From Octopus sinensis (taxonomy: Eukaryota), in NCBI RefSeq assembly GCF_006345805.1, contig NC_043004.1, positions 49,042,001-49,106,000 of the forward strand: a stretch of DNA of 64,000 nucleotides, written 5' to 3'. Made by a program: the position numbers and the translations under genes. The notes beneath the pieces are model-generated. The model had not been told where the DNA came from, did not search any database, and worked only from the letters and a program-made list of their open reading frames with translations. Positions 51,484 through 64,000 of the stretch are shown piece after piece; the stretch's first letter is position 1, and each line of letters begins with the position of its first letter.

Positions 51484-51597
51484 AGAGTTTACGAAAAAAA
51501 ACAAAAGACGAAGACAGGTAGTGTACAAAACAAACAGATGTATTAGTATTGCGCTCAAGAAGTCTTTTACGTTTCGAGCCTACGCTCTTCTACAGAA
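51478..51597 (-). mobile_element. Short non-coding repeat H2 with hammerhead-like motif
   Basis: Minus strand TT-CTGTAGA-A-GAGC-GTAG-GCTC-GAAA-CGTA-AAAGAC (51562-51597). Confidence 0.6.
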
Positions 51598-51618
51598 TAT
51601 ATATATATATATATATAT

Positions 51619-52502
<884 letters not shown>

Positions 52503-53993
52503 TATGTGTGTGTGTGTATATATACATGTAAATAAAGAAAAAACAAAGATTGAAAATTTTCAGCCGATGAATGTTCAAATATAAATATATGTAAATATAT
52601 AACAGAGCAAACTTACACAGACTATAAAGACACCGAAAATTAAAGAGGAGAAGTATTATTCAAGGGACAGCTGTCCGGAGATCTACAATTGCAGGATCTC
52701 TGGTGGAAGTTCCTAATGTTGAGCAACCTTGCTCTGATCATATCAATGTTAAACCAACTGTGAAAATTATTATAGCCCACCACATTTGCTTATTCATTCA
52801 GTCATCTTATGTTCCCTCTATACTATCTTGGCCCTGTTCCATGAGGGCTGGTGTGCTTACTTTTAGGTAGCGACTAGTATCCCCTTTATATTCATAGTCA
52901 CAACTGCATGGGATAAAACACACCATCACACGAGTATTGATAATTGCTTCTACAATTTCTCCCTATAATTCCTCCATATCAACGTCCTGAATGGTACAGC
53001 CATTAACAGCATCATCTTCAGTGAATTCTCTAAAAGGAATTCCACTTGTTAGACTAAATTTCAATGATATTTTTTTTCACGAATGCTCCTTAGAGGGAGA
53101 TCATATCTGTCACAGATATATTATGGCTATTTGTTGTTTTTTTTTTACCAAGAAAAGTAAAAACAAAGAAGCAAAAAAGAAACAAAGCAATAAAATCAAG
53201 TTGTGATTCACAATTTAAGATATGTAAAGGGTAAACTGGCTAAACCTGGTGCTCTCTGGAAAAAAAAAAGTCCTTGAGCTTTCTCTCAAGTTGCTTTTCA
53301 GTTCAGCCATTATAATTAAATAGCAAAATTATACTGAATGACTTAGTTTCTAGTGTTTCAATGAAATCTTAGACGAATTTATGAATGTGACGGAGGAAAT
53401 ACTAAATAAATGAATTAGAAATAAATCTCTGATGATTCCCAGGCATTTCCTTAATCCCCCCACAAAGACTTTCACAGCGTTTGAGGATATCATCCCACTC
53501 CACAGACTCTAAAAATGACTTTTTAGGACTTTCCAGTATTTTAGTACTTTATCATTAGATGGCCAACGCGAGAACCATCTCGTCACAATATGGTGTTATA
53601 ACACCATATTATTATAATGATCAATATCACAAATTAACAACATTCCTTAATTGTGTTGTTCTTTTTGCCAAGATACTGAAATATCCGTAAACTTAATATA
53701 ACCATAAATAGTTGTCTGTAGTAAATAGTCCAATTGTGGTGTTCTTTTGGTTGAGATATTGAAATGGTTCTATACTTTGAGGACAATATTTGTAATATCA
53801 AATGCAGTTTTTTTTATAGCAAATCTTATTGCATTGTACAAAATATGGGCAAGATTAATGTTTTTTTCACCCATTTTTCAGTTTTAGACAAATACTGCTG
53901 TTTGCTTCAGATTATACTTCCATTATCAACAGTTAGTTGCTAATTAGTTTAGTTAGGAGCTAATTTGTTATTTTCGCGAACGATTCATTGTTA

Positions 53994-54135
53994 TCGCAGT
54001 AAAAATCTACACTTCCTACTCAGAATAACAGTATCCTGATATTTTAACTATTAATCTTAGTTTTTCGCAGTAAAAATCTACACTTCCTGCTCAGAATAAC
54101 AGTATCCTGATATTTTAACTATTAATCTTAGTTTT
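53994..54135. repeat. 71-bp tandem duplication
   Basis: 53994-54064 and 54065-54135, one mismatch. Confidence 0.9.
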
Positions 54136-54888
54136 TATTTCTAGCAAGTCGAATGACCTTGTACAGGCTCTCAGAGAAGCTAGGTAGCGACTAAGTTGGA
54201 AGAGAAAGCTATCTTTGACTATTGTTCGAAAAAAACCTAGAAAGAATCAAAATATAGTATTTCAATGAGTACCAAGGAAACCGGTTGCTGTTGTTGTTTA
54301 TCCCCAGATGAGCTTGACCTTACAGATTTATGACAAAAAGCATTCCAACTGCGACAATCGGCCATTTTACCTGATATAACAAATCTACGACTACATTATT
54401 CAACGCGTTTGAATAGATGGAAAAGAAAGAGCCTTTGCTTATAAAGATGAGGAAAAGATAAAATATTAGAAGGTGTATTTAGAAGAAGGATTAGGTAACA
54501 CTTAGTTGCATATTCGTTTAAGGCAAAAACTGCTGCAGGAAACGATGAACTACATTCTTTGATATACGTCACATACTTTTATCTGTACTATAATGAAGCT
54601 GCTTCTAAAATTCTAATTTTAGTATACTTTTTATCAAAATGTGATTTTGAAATTTCTTTTATTATGAACATTTAAAAACTAATTTTAATTCACTGTGAGA
54701 GAACGTTTTGTTTAACCCAGCGAGATAGACGTTCCCGCTTTGTCTTTTTTTTCGTCACCCTCACTCTTAAACTATATGAAATCTGTAATATATTTTCAGT
54801 ATATATTCCTCTACTGAGATCGCTGTTCATGTTATCGAAGTTCATATGATGAACGAGAATTAATGAAATATCCATTTCCACCTTTGTA

Positions 54889-56154
54889 TTGGGTTGGCAA
54901 CTAAGTTCCCACCGTTTTTTTTTTAAATTTTGGAATTTATTGCATTTTTAAATTTTGGAATCTATTTTTTTCGAGGATTCTATTTTTGAATCGTTTTGGA
55001 ATCTATTTGTTTTTTTTTTTTTTTCTAGTTAATTTTAGTCAATTTTTGTTTATTTTCAGATCATAAAAATGGAATGTCAAGTTAAGAAAAAAGAGTATTT
55101 TCGACACCTCCTTCTTTTTGCTTTTAATCAAGGTTCTAAGGCCGCAAAAGCTGCTCGCGACATTTGTGCTGTGTATGGAGAGGGTGCCATAGCTGAAAGA
55201 ACCGCTCGTGATTGGTATGCCAAATTCAAAAATGGAAATTTTGACCTCAAAGACGCACCTCGTTCTGGCTGTCCAGCTGAGTTCGATGAAAAGCGATTAA
55301 ACAATCTTTTGCACCTCTCGTCGAACAACAAGGGAACTGGCAGAGAAAATCGAATGCTCCCACACTGCTATAGAGAAGCATCTTTACTCGATGGGAAAGG
55401 TTCAGAAGTATGGAGCATGGGTTCCGCATGCTTTAAGTGACAATAACAAAAATCAACGACCCACAATCTCCGCTGGTTTACTTGCTCGTCACCGCTCAAC
55501 TCATGGACACAAGCAACGATTTCTTTACCGAATCGTTACTGGTGACGAAAAATGGTGCCTTTACATCAATATGAAGCAGCGTAAAGAATGGCTTTGCCCC
55601 GGTAAACAAGCGAAACCGCGTATGAAACAAGATTTTCATCCGCGTAAAACGATGTTGTGCGTATGGTGGGACTGGGAAGGGATTATCCATTACGAATTGC
55701 TTGTTCAACAGATGGAACAACTCAACACGGCTATTCAAGAGAAAAGATCTAATCGTCAGCATGGAGTTCTTCTACTGCACGACAACGCCCGCCATCATAT
55801 CGCCAATATGACGAAAGAAGCCATTCAAACGCATGGCTGGGAAGTGCTGCCACACCCGCCGCTCTCTCCTGATTTGGCACCAACGGATTTCCACCTCTTT
55901 CGATCTCTTTCAAATGCTATGCGCGGAGTTTCGTTCAATATTGATGCAGAATTGAGAGCTTGGTTGGATCAATTTTTCGAGTCGAGATCGGGTGATTTCT
56001 ACCAACGAGGTATTGAAATCTTGTAGAACGTTAGGAAGAAGTTGTAAACAACAAGGGTGAATACATTATTGATTAATTAGTTGTTATTTTTTATTAAACA
56101 TTAAACAAATTTAAATAAAAAAAAACGGCGGAAACTTAGTTTCCAACCTCATAA
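54889..56154 (+). pseudogene. Full-length but inactivated mariner transposon (DD34D)
   Basis: TIRs TTGGGTTGGCAACTAAGTTCCCACCGTTTT / AAAACGGCGGAAACTTAGTTTCCAACC, TA flanks; WVPHAL, TGDEKW, HDNARHH, SPDLAPTDFHLF across frameshifted ORFs 55069-55440 and 55391-56026. Confidence 0.95.
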
Positions 56155-57439
56155 TACATCTATAGTTGTATGTTTATATGGGTCATTAATACAGAAATGC
56201 ATAAATATGTATCAACAAAAAGCAATGCAGAGAAAATAAGTTACAGAACCACATGTGTTCGAATCTACAGTAAATTTTTCAATATGATATTTTCCAGTGC
56301 ATACTAGGTAGCACTAGAGTATTTTCAGATAAAGCCCAATTTGTTTCCTACATGTTATATATTTTTTTTTACTACGGACGAATTACTGTATATTTCTTTG
56401 TCAATTTTCCATCAACAGTCAACAGCTCCGTATTACTCAAGATTGTTACAAAACATGATACACGTTACACAATATCGCAGCCAAGGTTTTATCGTTTTGT
56501 GTTGATCAAGCTGATGATGGAATTGATAACAATGAGAACATCGACGATAAGAGAGATAAATTCGTGTTCATGCTACAGTTATTTATCCGAGACAACCAGT
56601 CCTTTTACTGTGTCCTTTTTTAAAAAAAAAGTCTGAGGCGTTTGATTTGAAAAGCATTTGACTGATATTTCTAGCAGACAGAATCACCACATAGAGGCCC
56701 TTACGTCGGCTCGCTATAATTACAACACAATAAACAAGTGGAAAGAAAATCTTTCGGGAAACGTTAAATAACTTCTGGCAGTGTTTTCCCTATTATTGGT
56801 ATTAGGAATGTAACACTTCACAAAAATACCACGAGCAAGCGGGTACATTATTAGAGGATTGACTAAGTCAAGGTCATGTCTTTGTTGATATCTTCAAATT
56901 AGCTAGCAGCATTCTTGTCATAAAGAAACAACTTGACCTGGTTTTCACATTTATATAAAGCATAAGAATGGAATTCAACAAAAATATATGTTTCTGTTTG
57001 ACTGTTGAACGAGGTAGAATTACACGTTTGACATGCTACATTTCTGCCAATTAAACATCTATTTCTTCTTATTCCACCAGATGAAGGATACAAAAAAACT
57101 TCAAGATTAATGAAAATATACTGTGAGATGAGAAGGTTTGTTGCAAAGATATATACACAAGCAGCAAAACTATTTCACAAAGACGTTTGATGTTATATTT
57201 TTGGAAACAGCCATATCAATGATTTCTTAACGAAAAACAACGAAGATGTCGATTATACATTACATAAAATGGCATATTCAATCACTGAAGTAAAATATTA
57301 GAAAATAATTAGGTAGAAGATTAAACCGAGCAAACAAGTATCATTGAGAGGAGAACAGCTTGTTGATTTTGTTGATTATAACTGTAGAGAAACTGAATAA
57401 ATCATTCCTTGCCATATTGATATCAGTGTATACTGAGGT

Positions 57440-57760
57440 GTGGAGGCGCAATGGCCCAGTGGTTAGGGCAGCGGACTCGCGGTCGGAGGATCGCGGTTTC
57501 GATTCCCAGACCGGGCGTTGTGTGTGTGTTTATTGAGCGAAAACACCTAAAAGCTCCATGAGGCTCCGGCAGGGGGTGGTGGTAACCCCTGTTGTACTCT
57601 TTCGCCACACCTTTCTCTCACTCTCTCTTCCTGTTTCTTGAGTAACGCTGCGATGGACTGGCGTCCCGTCCAGCTGGATGGAACACATACGCTATAGAAA
57701 CCGGGAAACTGGGCCCATGAGCCTGGCTAAGCTTGAAAAGGGCGACGTTTATCGTTTATT
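57440..57760 (+). mobile_element. SINE family 3, 3' module C (MetaSINE/V-SINE-like block)
   Basis: Shared head, then GCTGCGATGGACTGGCGTCCCGTCCAG..AGAAACCGGG; exact 12-bp TSD GTATACTGAGGT (57428-39, 57761-72). Confidence 0.85.
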
Positions 57761-58855
57761 GTATACTGAGGTTACTGGTCGTTGTCATCTTGATTATAAT
57801 GACCTATGATCTACAGCATTCCATTCGGTCTTTTATCCTGATATAGTGCATCTAGGACTACATTATTCAATGTATCCTTCCTGTTATAAGACAGTTGGGG
57901 GTGATTTGATAACTATGTCTAGCAGGTGGAGTAATAACTTAGAGGCATCACGAAAAAAAGCGATACACTTAATAGGTTGGAAGAGAAACGACCTTGTATT
58001 CAGTATCATTGATAAAAAAAATCAGGGAAGAATTAAAATATAGGGGATAGGGGTCTATTTAAAAAGCAAATATAAGTCCCTAAAATACAGTCGCATAAAC
58101 ATATACATCAAATTCGTACTCAAACTCATATACACTAACTGACACCCAAACACACACACACACACACACACGTGTGTAAACACGTGCATACTAGTTCATA
58201 CGCGCATTCACGTGATACGTAATAAGCACAACCTTATTAACGCTTTATCAACTACATGTTTATTTCGAGACAGTTTAACAGAGTTTGAAAAGGCCACTTT
58301 TTGAGAAATTCTAGAAATTCCTATATTTTTCAACCTAAAAAAAAAAAAAAAAAAAAAAATGTCTGTTTTGATAATAACACAACAGTGGACCAATATAGCT
58401 AAATGAATTGCTGAAACTGACACAGTTGGGAAACAACTGCGTGTCTCAGCTGTAGGCCACAAGTCTGAGTCATAGCTGTTATCAACAGTTGTATTGCCAT
58501 GTTTTATCAAAATGTAAACTCCACCCCACCAAAAACAGAACAAAACAAAGCATCTACACCCACCCCAAAGAAACAAATAAACGAACAAACAAAAACACAA
58601 CAAAAATGAAACAAAAAAAAAACAAAGAAAAACAAAAACAATCGAATTCGTAAGAAACATCGGGGTTCTGCAAATCAATCTGAGAAGCTCAATAAGTCAT
58701 TTCATGAGTACATTAATTAATTTAATCAACTATATACATATACATACATACATGCATACATACATATATACATACATACATGCATACTTACGCATGTACA
58801 CATATTGTTGGATGGCCGTTGACTACTCATGAGCTCTTCCGCCCTTTGACAGGTC

Positions 58856-58886
<31 letters not shown>

Positions 58887-59007
58887 CATACATACACATA
58901 CACATACACATACATACATACACATACATACATACACATAAATATATACATATGTAAATAAATAAATAAATATATATACATATATACATACATGCATACA
59001 TATATAT

Positions 59008-59083
<76 letters not shown>

Positions 59084-59212
59084 GAATAAAAAATGGAGTT
59101 AACGCAGGTTTAAACAAGTATTTTTACTTTCTACATATGTTTCAAAAATTCTGCCCTGGTAACTATTCATTCATTTATCCGTGTTAATTGTTAACAAGGT
59201 AAAATACACTCA

Positions 59213-59254
<42 letters not shown>

Positions 59255-59292
59255 TATATACGTACATATATGCACAACACACACACACACAC

Positions 59293-59330
<38 letters not shown>

Positions 59331-59339
59331 ACACACACA

Positions 59340-59408
<69 letters not shown>

Positions 59409-59409
59409 G

Positions 59410-59570
59410 CATATGTGGGTACAGGACGTCATAGAACGTAAACAACGTGAGATATGTAATACGAAAACATGGAATACGAACGTTTTTGCGAACAACGAAA
59501 GAAACAAATGGAAAACAAGACAAGTAACATGAAGAATGACCCTTCATCAGCCGTCGGCTGTTTAATCTAC
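59410..59570 (-). repeat. Dispersed repeat, paralog of 26725-26860
   Basis: Sequence similarity on the opposite strand. Confidence 0.6.
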
Positions 59571-59873
59571 TCCACATTTCGAGCGATTACGACAGGATGC
59601 GCTTTCGTCAAAACAGTTGCTCCCGCAAAGCAAATTAAATCAAATTTAGGATTTGCAGAGGGTCAAAATTGGTAACAAAAACAGGACAGTGAAAACAAAC
59701 AGTAAGGACTGCTAAGCCATTACAAGGTAAGGTGGCAAACGCTGGAGGAACAAGCTTTGACAGGGGAAAGAAATGAATGCGTCTTATCTCTGTAACTGAT
59801 CGAAAGGTAAGAAACTCAAACTAGGAAAAGAAAGATGGCCGATGGCAATGAGAGAGTGAAGGACAAAGAGTGA

Positions 59874-59927
<54 letters not shown>

Positions 59928-60311
59928 TGAAGGAGAGAAGAAAAGAATTAGAGAAAGGATGAGAGCGAAAAAGTGAAAGAAGGAGAAGGGGAGATAAAAG
60001 AATTAGAGAAAGGAAGAGAGAGGAAACGAAAAGGGAGAAAGAAAGAGAAATAGAATAAGAATCGCATCGAAATTATTAAGATAAAACTTAATATATATAC
60101 GTATACATGTATAGGAGGAATTCCATGCACACACACACACACACACATATACATACATGTATGCGTTGGAACATGGAAATATCTGGGTTGGTGCCCAGGC
60201 GCACGGTTGGCCAACTTGGAGTATACATACATACATACATATATACATACATACATACATACATGCATACATACATACATATATACATACATATATGTGT
60301 GTGTGCGTGCG

Positions 60312-60401
<90 letters not shown>

Positions 60402-60429
60402 ATATATGTATGAATATATATATGTATAA

Positions 60430-61260
60430 GATGTACGTTGCCTTGGACCGGAGCGGTCACGATTCTCTTCTAGAGACCTCCTAACAAATGCGAAGTGACT
60501 ACTAACAAATGTGAAGCTTTACAAAACAACCACGAAACCAACGGTTAAAAAATGTGGACGCCCAAAATGTGGAAACTGCCCCAACTTACTTGAAGGCTCG
60601 GATTTCCTTTTCAAAGAAGGACAGAGGTTCACAATTAAAACTAGTTTCCCTTGTACCTCTGAGAACTTCATTTATGTAATAACCTGCTCGGGTTGTGGAC
60701 ACAACTATATTGGACAGATGAGTATGACCTTGAGACGGAGAACCACTCTACATAAAGAGCAAATCCGTTTCCCGCAATACAGGCAAATTCCTCTCAGTGA
60801 ACATGTAGAAAAATGTGAAGATAACATCTAACCAAATTTCACAGTCTTCCCCTTCTACCAGTGCAAAGACACAATTTCTCCACAAGAACGTTTTAATAAA
60901 GAAAATTTTTTCATCGAAAAATACAGAACACGTCTTAATATGCATGCATAACCAACTTTTATCTTTTTATATTTTTCAATTCACGATTACATCATTGTAC
61001 ATAAATCGAAACTTTTTTGTGTGTATATATATTCCCTTCCCCTTACCGAAAGCTGAACAATTATCTCCCTTGCCCACGGTAATAACAATAATAACGATAA
61101 CCAATTACCTCCCCTTATTTTACTGTTTGTGAAGTTATTCATTCGTAAATATCATCATACACAATATGGACAAAAATTTCTTCTTAAGAAAATACATATT
61201 CAAATAAGTAAACCTTAATATCGTGAATAGCGAAAGCGAAACCGGTCGATATATTAAAAA
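60430..61260 (+). mobile_element. Penelope-like element 3' end: Cys-rich linker, GIY-YIG endonuclease relic and downstream hammerhead-like motif
   Basis: KKCGRPKCGNCP linker; ENFIYVITCSGCGHNYIGQ..LRRR..LH..IR; the frame continues through one stop to KYRTRLNMHA* (about 60950); hammerhead fold at 61217-61255. Confidence 0.88.
61217..61255 (+). ncRNA. Minimal type-I hammerhead ribozyme fold, non-canonical core
   Basis: AATATC-GTGAATA-GC-GAAA-GC-GAAA-CCGGTC-GATATATT: stem I ATATC/GATAT, 2-bp stem II with GAAA loop, palindromic stem III ACCGGT, GUC site; core differs from CUGANGA at C3 and G8. Confidence 0.65.
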
Positions 61261-61306
61261 TTATATTAAAACTATGTAAAGTGTGTGTATTTTCCTTTTT
61301 TAATTT

Positions 61307-61367
<61 letters not shown>

Positions 61368-62069
61368 GCGTGCATGTGTATGTAGGGAGAGAGGGAGAGA
61401 TAGAGAGACCTTTTGTTAAAATTGTACTAATGGAGTGAGAAAACTTCTGTTTTGGTCGTTTGAAGGAGTGAACTGAATGCAGGGGATTAAGATTGTATAC
61501 GTATACAATATAGAAAATATACGCACTGTATACCGACTAATAATTAACAGTAACAAAAGTCCTGAAGATTCTATAAACATCATCCAACAGTATAATAATT
61601 ACAATAATTAAAATGTTAAAACCGTTCATTACTCTATCTGTAGTTGAAGACAGAAATGCTTGATGTTACGAAGGTGGTATTGAGAATCTGGTGATAGCCT
61701 GTCATTTTGAGTTAGTAAAATTATGATGCTTTATTAATCTTTGCCTCCCACTCATAAACGTGCGATATGACAAAGGAGAATGCGAGTGAGTAGGTGGATT
61801 GTCAATATCTCAAGAATATTAGCTGTAGCAGGGTGGGAATGGATTGGCTTGAGGAAAGAGTAAAATTTAAAAAAGGTATATTTTACTCTTTTGCTACAGT
61901 AATACTTCTATTAAAATATCACTGCATTTGTTTTAATTAATTTGTTTCAAATTAATTTTAATTTCAATTAAGGAAAAAAATTAAAACATTTAGTGAAATA
62001 GCTGTAAACTTAAGCTGGTGTTTGGAACATAAATTAACATGAAATTTTAATGAAATGTTTTGATTTTAC

Positions 62070-62226
62070 TTTTATTTTTATTTTACTTGTTTTAGCCTGG
62101 TACTTATTCTGTCGCTCTCTTTTACCGAACCGCTAGGTAATATAGTAACATAAACACACCAACATCAATTGTCAAGCGTTGGTAGGGGGACTGACACTGA
62201 CACACACACACACACACACACGCACG

Positions 62227-62267
<41 letters not shown>

Positions 62268-62452
62268 ACACACACACATACAAGCACACACACACACACG
62301 CACAACAGGCTTCTATCAGTTTCCGTCTACCAAATCACAAGGTTTTTGTCTTCGTGAGGCTATAGTTGAAGAAACTTGCCCGAGGTGCCATGCGATGGGA
62401 CTGAACCCAGATTATGTCTTTGGAAGCAAGCTTCTTACCACACAGCCACACC
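62070..62452 (-). mobile_element. SINE family 1, diverged
   Basis: Homology to 7431-7845. Confidence 0.75.
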
Positions 62453-62489
62453 TTATTTTAAAGCAAGATGTTTGTATTATTGTGTCAAA

Positions 62490-64000
62490 AGCAGTTTAAC
62501 GCGGCTTGGTAAGTATCCTCGTATAACGGATTTTGGGTTTCTTGGGCAATAGTCAATCAGCTTCATCATCCTCTTTATCCCTGACGAGACTAACAAAAAC
62601 TTCATCTATTACATTGAATCAATATCCCAAGTTACTCCTTGTATCATCTTGCCAAGTTTAGATGTCGTCCGTGACATCTATTTCAGTAGTTCTCGGCTGT
62701 ATACGAGGACCTTACCTTCAAAATCATATTTTACCTCCGCATCGTACAGATATACCAGTCTTTGGCCATAGCAGTTGATTTCACCGGTCTTCAGTGTGGT
62801 CGATACATTGAATATTACAGACTTGAGATATTTGTCCTACACTCTACCAATAGCTTCTGGAATATCGTCACTTTGCCTAACTCTTCTCCTCCAACTTTTA
62901 TTATTGTTACACCAAGTTTAATGTTGTGGACAATCACATTAGAGGATATCCTTTGCCAGGGGATCTTCTTCATTCATCTTGAAATATGCTGTCAATTTGA
63001 TAGATCTATTTTTTGCTAGAGCTTCTTGTGCATAATTCAGATTAAACACAATCGTCTGTTGATCTAGCAAATGTATCAGCAAGCATTCCTCAGCAGGTTA
63101 CCTTTGCTGAATTGGAAACTCAAATAATATCCAGCAAGCCTCTGACGCTCCAATATAGCGGCAATTTTTGTAATTCGAAATTTCATCCATTTGATTTTCG
63201 TTGCCAACTTTAAGACGCATGCCATCTTGTCTGTGTAAAGAAACTGTTGCATAGTCAATACCTTTGAAAATGTACTTGTAAAAATATTTTCCAGCCTTAA
63301 TAGATGCACACCATTCAAGATTATGCACCTCGTGCTTATGCAACAACCAAGCATTATAAGGAACTATATAACGGTTATCAACAACAATTTCTCTATTTCC
63401 AATACGTATTGAAGCTGTGAAGCCACCATCTCGAGGGTTTCGGTGACGAGACTGCGGATAAGAATCATTTCCAATTAAGGTTTGTGATCTGTAATCTTTT
63501 GAATATCATTTACTGCAAACTCCATTCACCATGCAGGGAGAATTTAAATTATCTTTTCCGCAGGGTCCATGTATCATGTGTTTCTTCATCAAGGAATAAA
63601 GATGCGACGTTAATGGGTTTTCGGGATTGGAAGCTCAGCTGTAACAATTTTATCAATTTCTTGCCATGTGTTGTGATGATGTTTTATAATGAATAAGAAA
63701 TCGCAAAGAAATAGTTGCTGTTGCTTTAATTTAAATACTCTTGCAGTGATATCTGGTCGTTAACTATTTCATGTCCTTTTGGATTGCATCTAAAAGTCAA
63801 AAATAAAGTAGGTTTGCCAAACTTTCTAACTATGGCCATTGCATCCTGGTAGTGTTTTTGCCATATATCGCGGACTTCCTTGTAAATGAACTTGGTAATA
63901 TATATCTGCGACCTATACGATTAGTATCACCTGCAAATATATCATCTTGTAAGCCATTATATAAATAAGCTCTTAAGGTTGCTTGATTGTCACAAACATA
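62490..64000 (-). pseudogene. Helitron Rep/helicase relic (Rep region), runs off the window
   Basis: GKPTLFLTFRCNP, MIHGPCG..SPCM, VPYNAWLL, KYFYKYIFKG.D, DEISNYKNCRYIGASEACW; stops and frameshifts. Confidence 0.9.

Noticed and set aside
57081-57135. Plus-strand 55-nt exon (EGYKKTSRLMKIYCEMR)
   Set aside because: Good acceptor but mediocre donor, no homology and no partner exon.

Overview
AT-rich, repeat-saturated animal genomic DNA, most consistent with an octopus (inferred from the tRNA-headed SINE families and the density of microsatellites). I see no intact protein-coding gene. The window is intronic or intergenic and dominated by at least four tRNA-derived SINE families, microsatellites and decayed transposons: two mariner transposase relics, a hAT relic, two Helitron coding relics, two Tx1-like LINEs, a Hero-like RLE retrotransposon, a CR1/Jockey-like RT fragment, a Penelope-like GIY-YIG end, and several MITEs with readable TIRs and TSDs. 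The best host-gene trace is a short + strand exon with WD40 spacing (11639-11709). Main leads: (1) a Penelope GIY-YIG relic with a minimal type-I hammerhead fold downstream, plus two families of short non-coding repeats carrying hammerhead-like folds, three of them clustered at 25.7-26.5 kb (retrozyme-like); (2) two miRNA-like or foldback hairpins (11062-11126, 23245-23500); (3) two unrelated GG..CC / 8-bp-TSD MITE families that both carry TTAGGG repeats; (4) modular SINEs with one head joined to three different 3' modules, and a covarying 3' stem-loop. All calls are by eye, most boundaries are approximate, and no database search or folding program was run.
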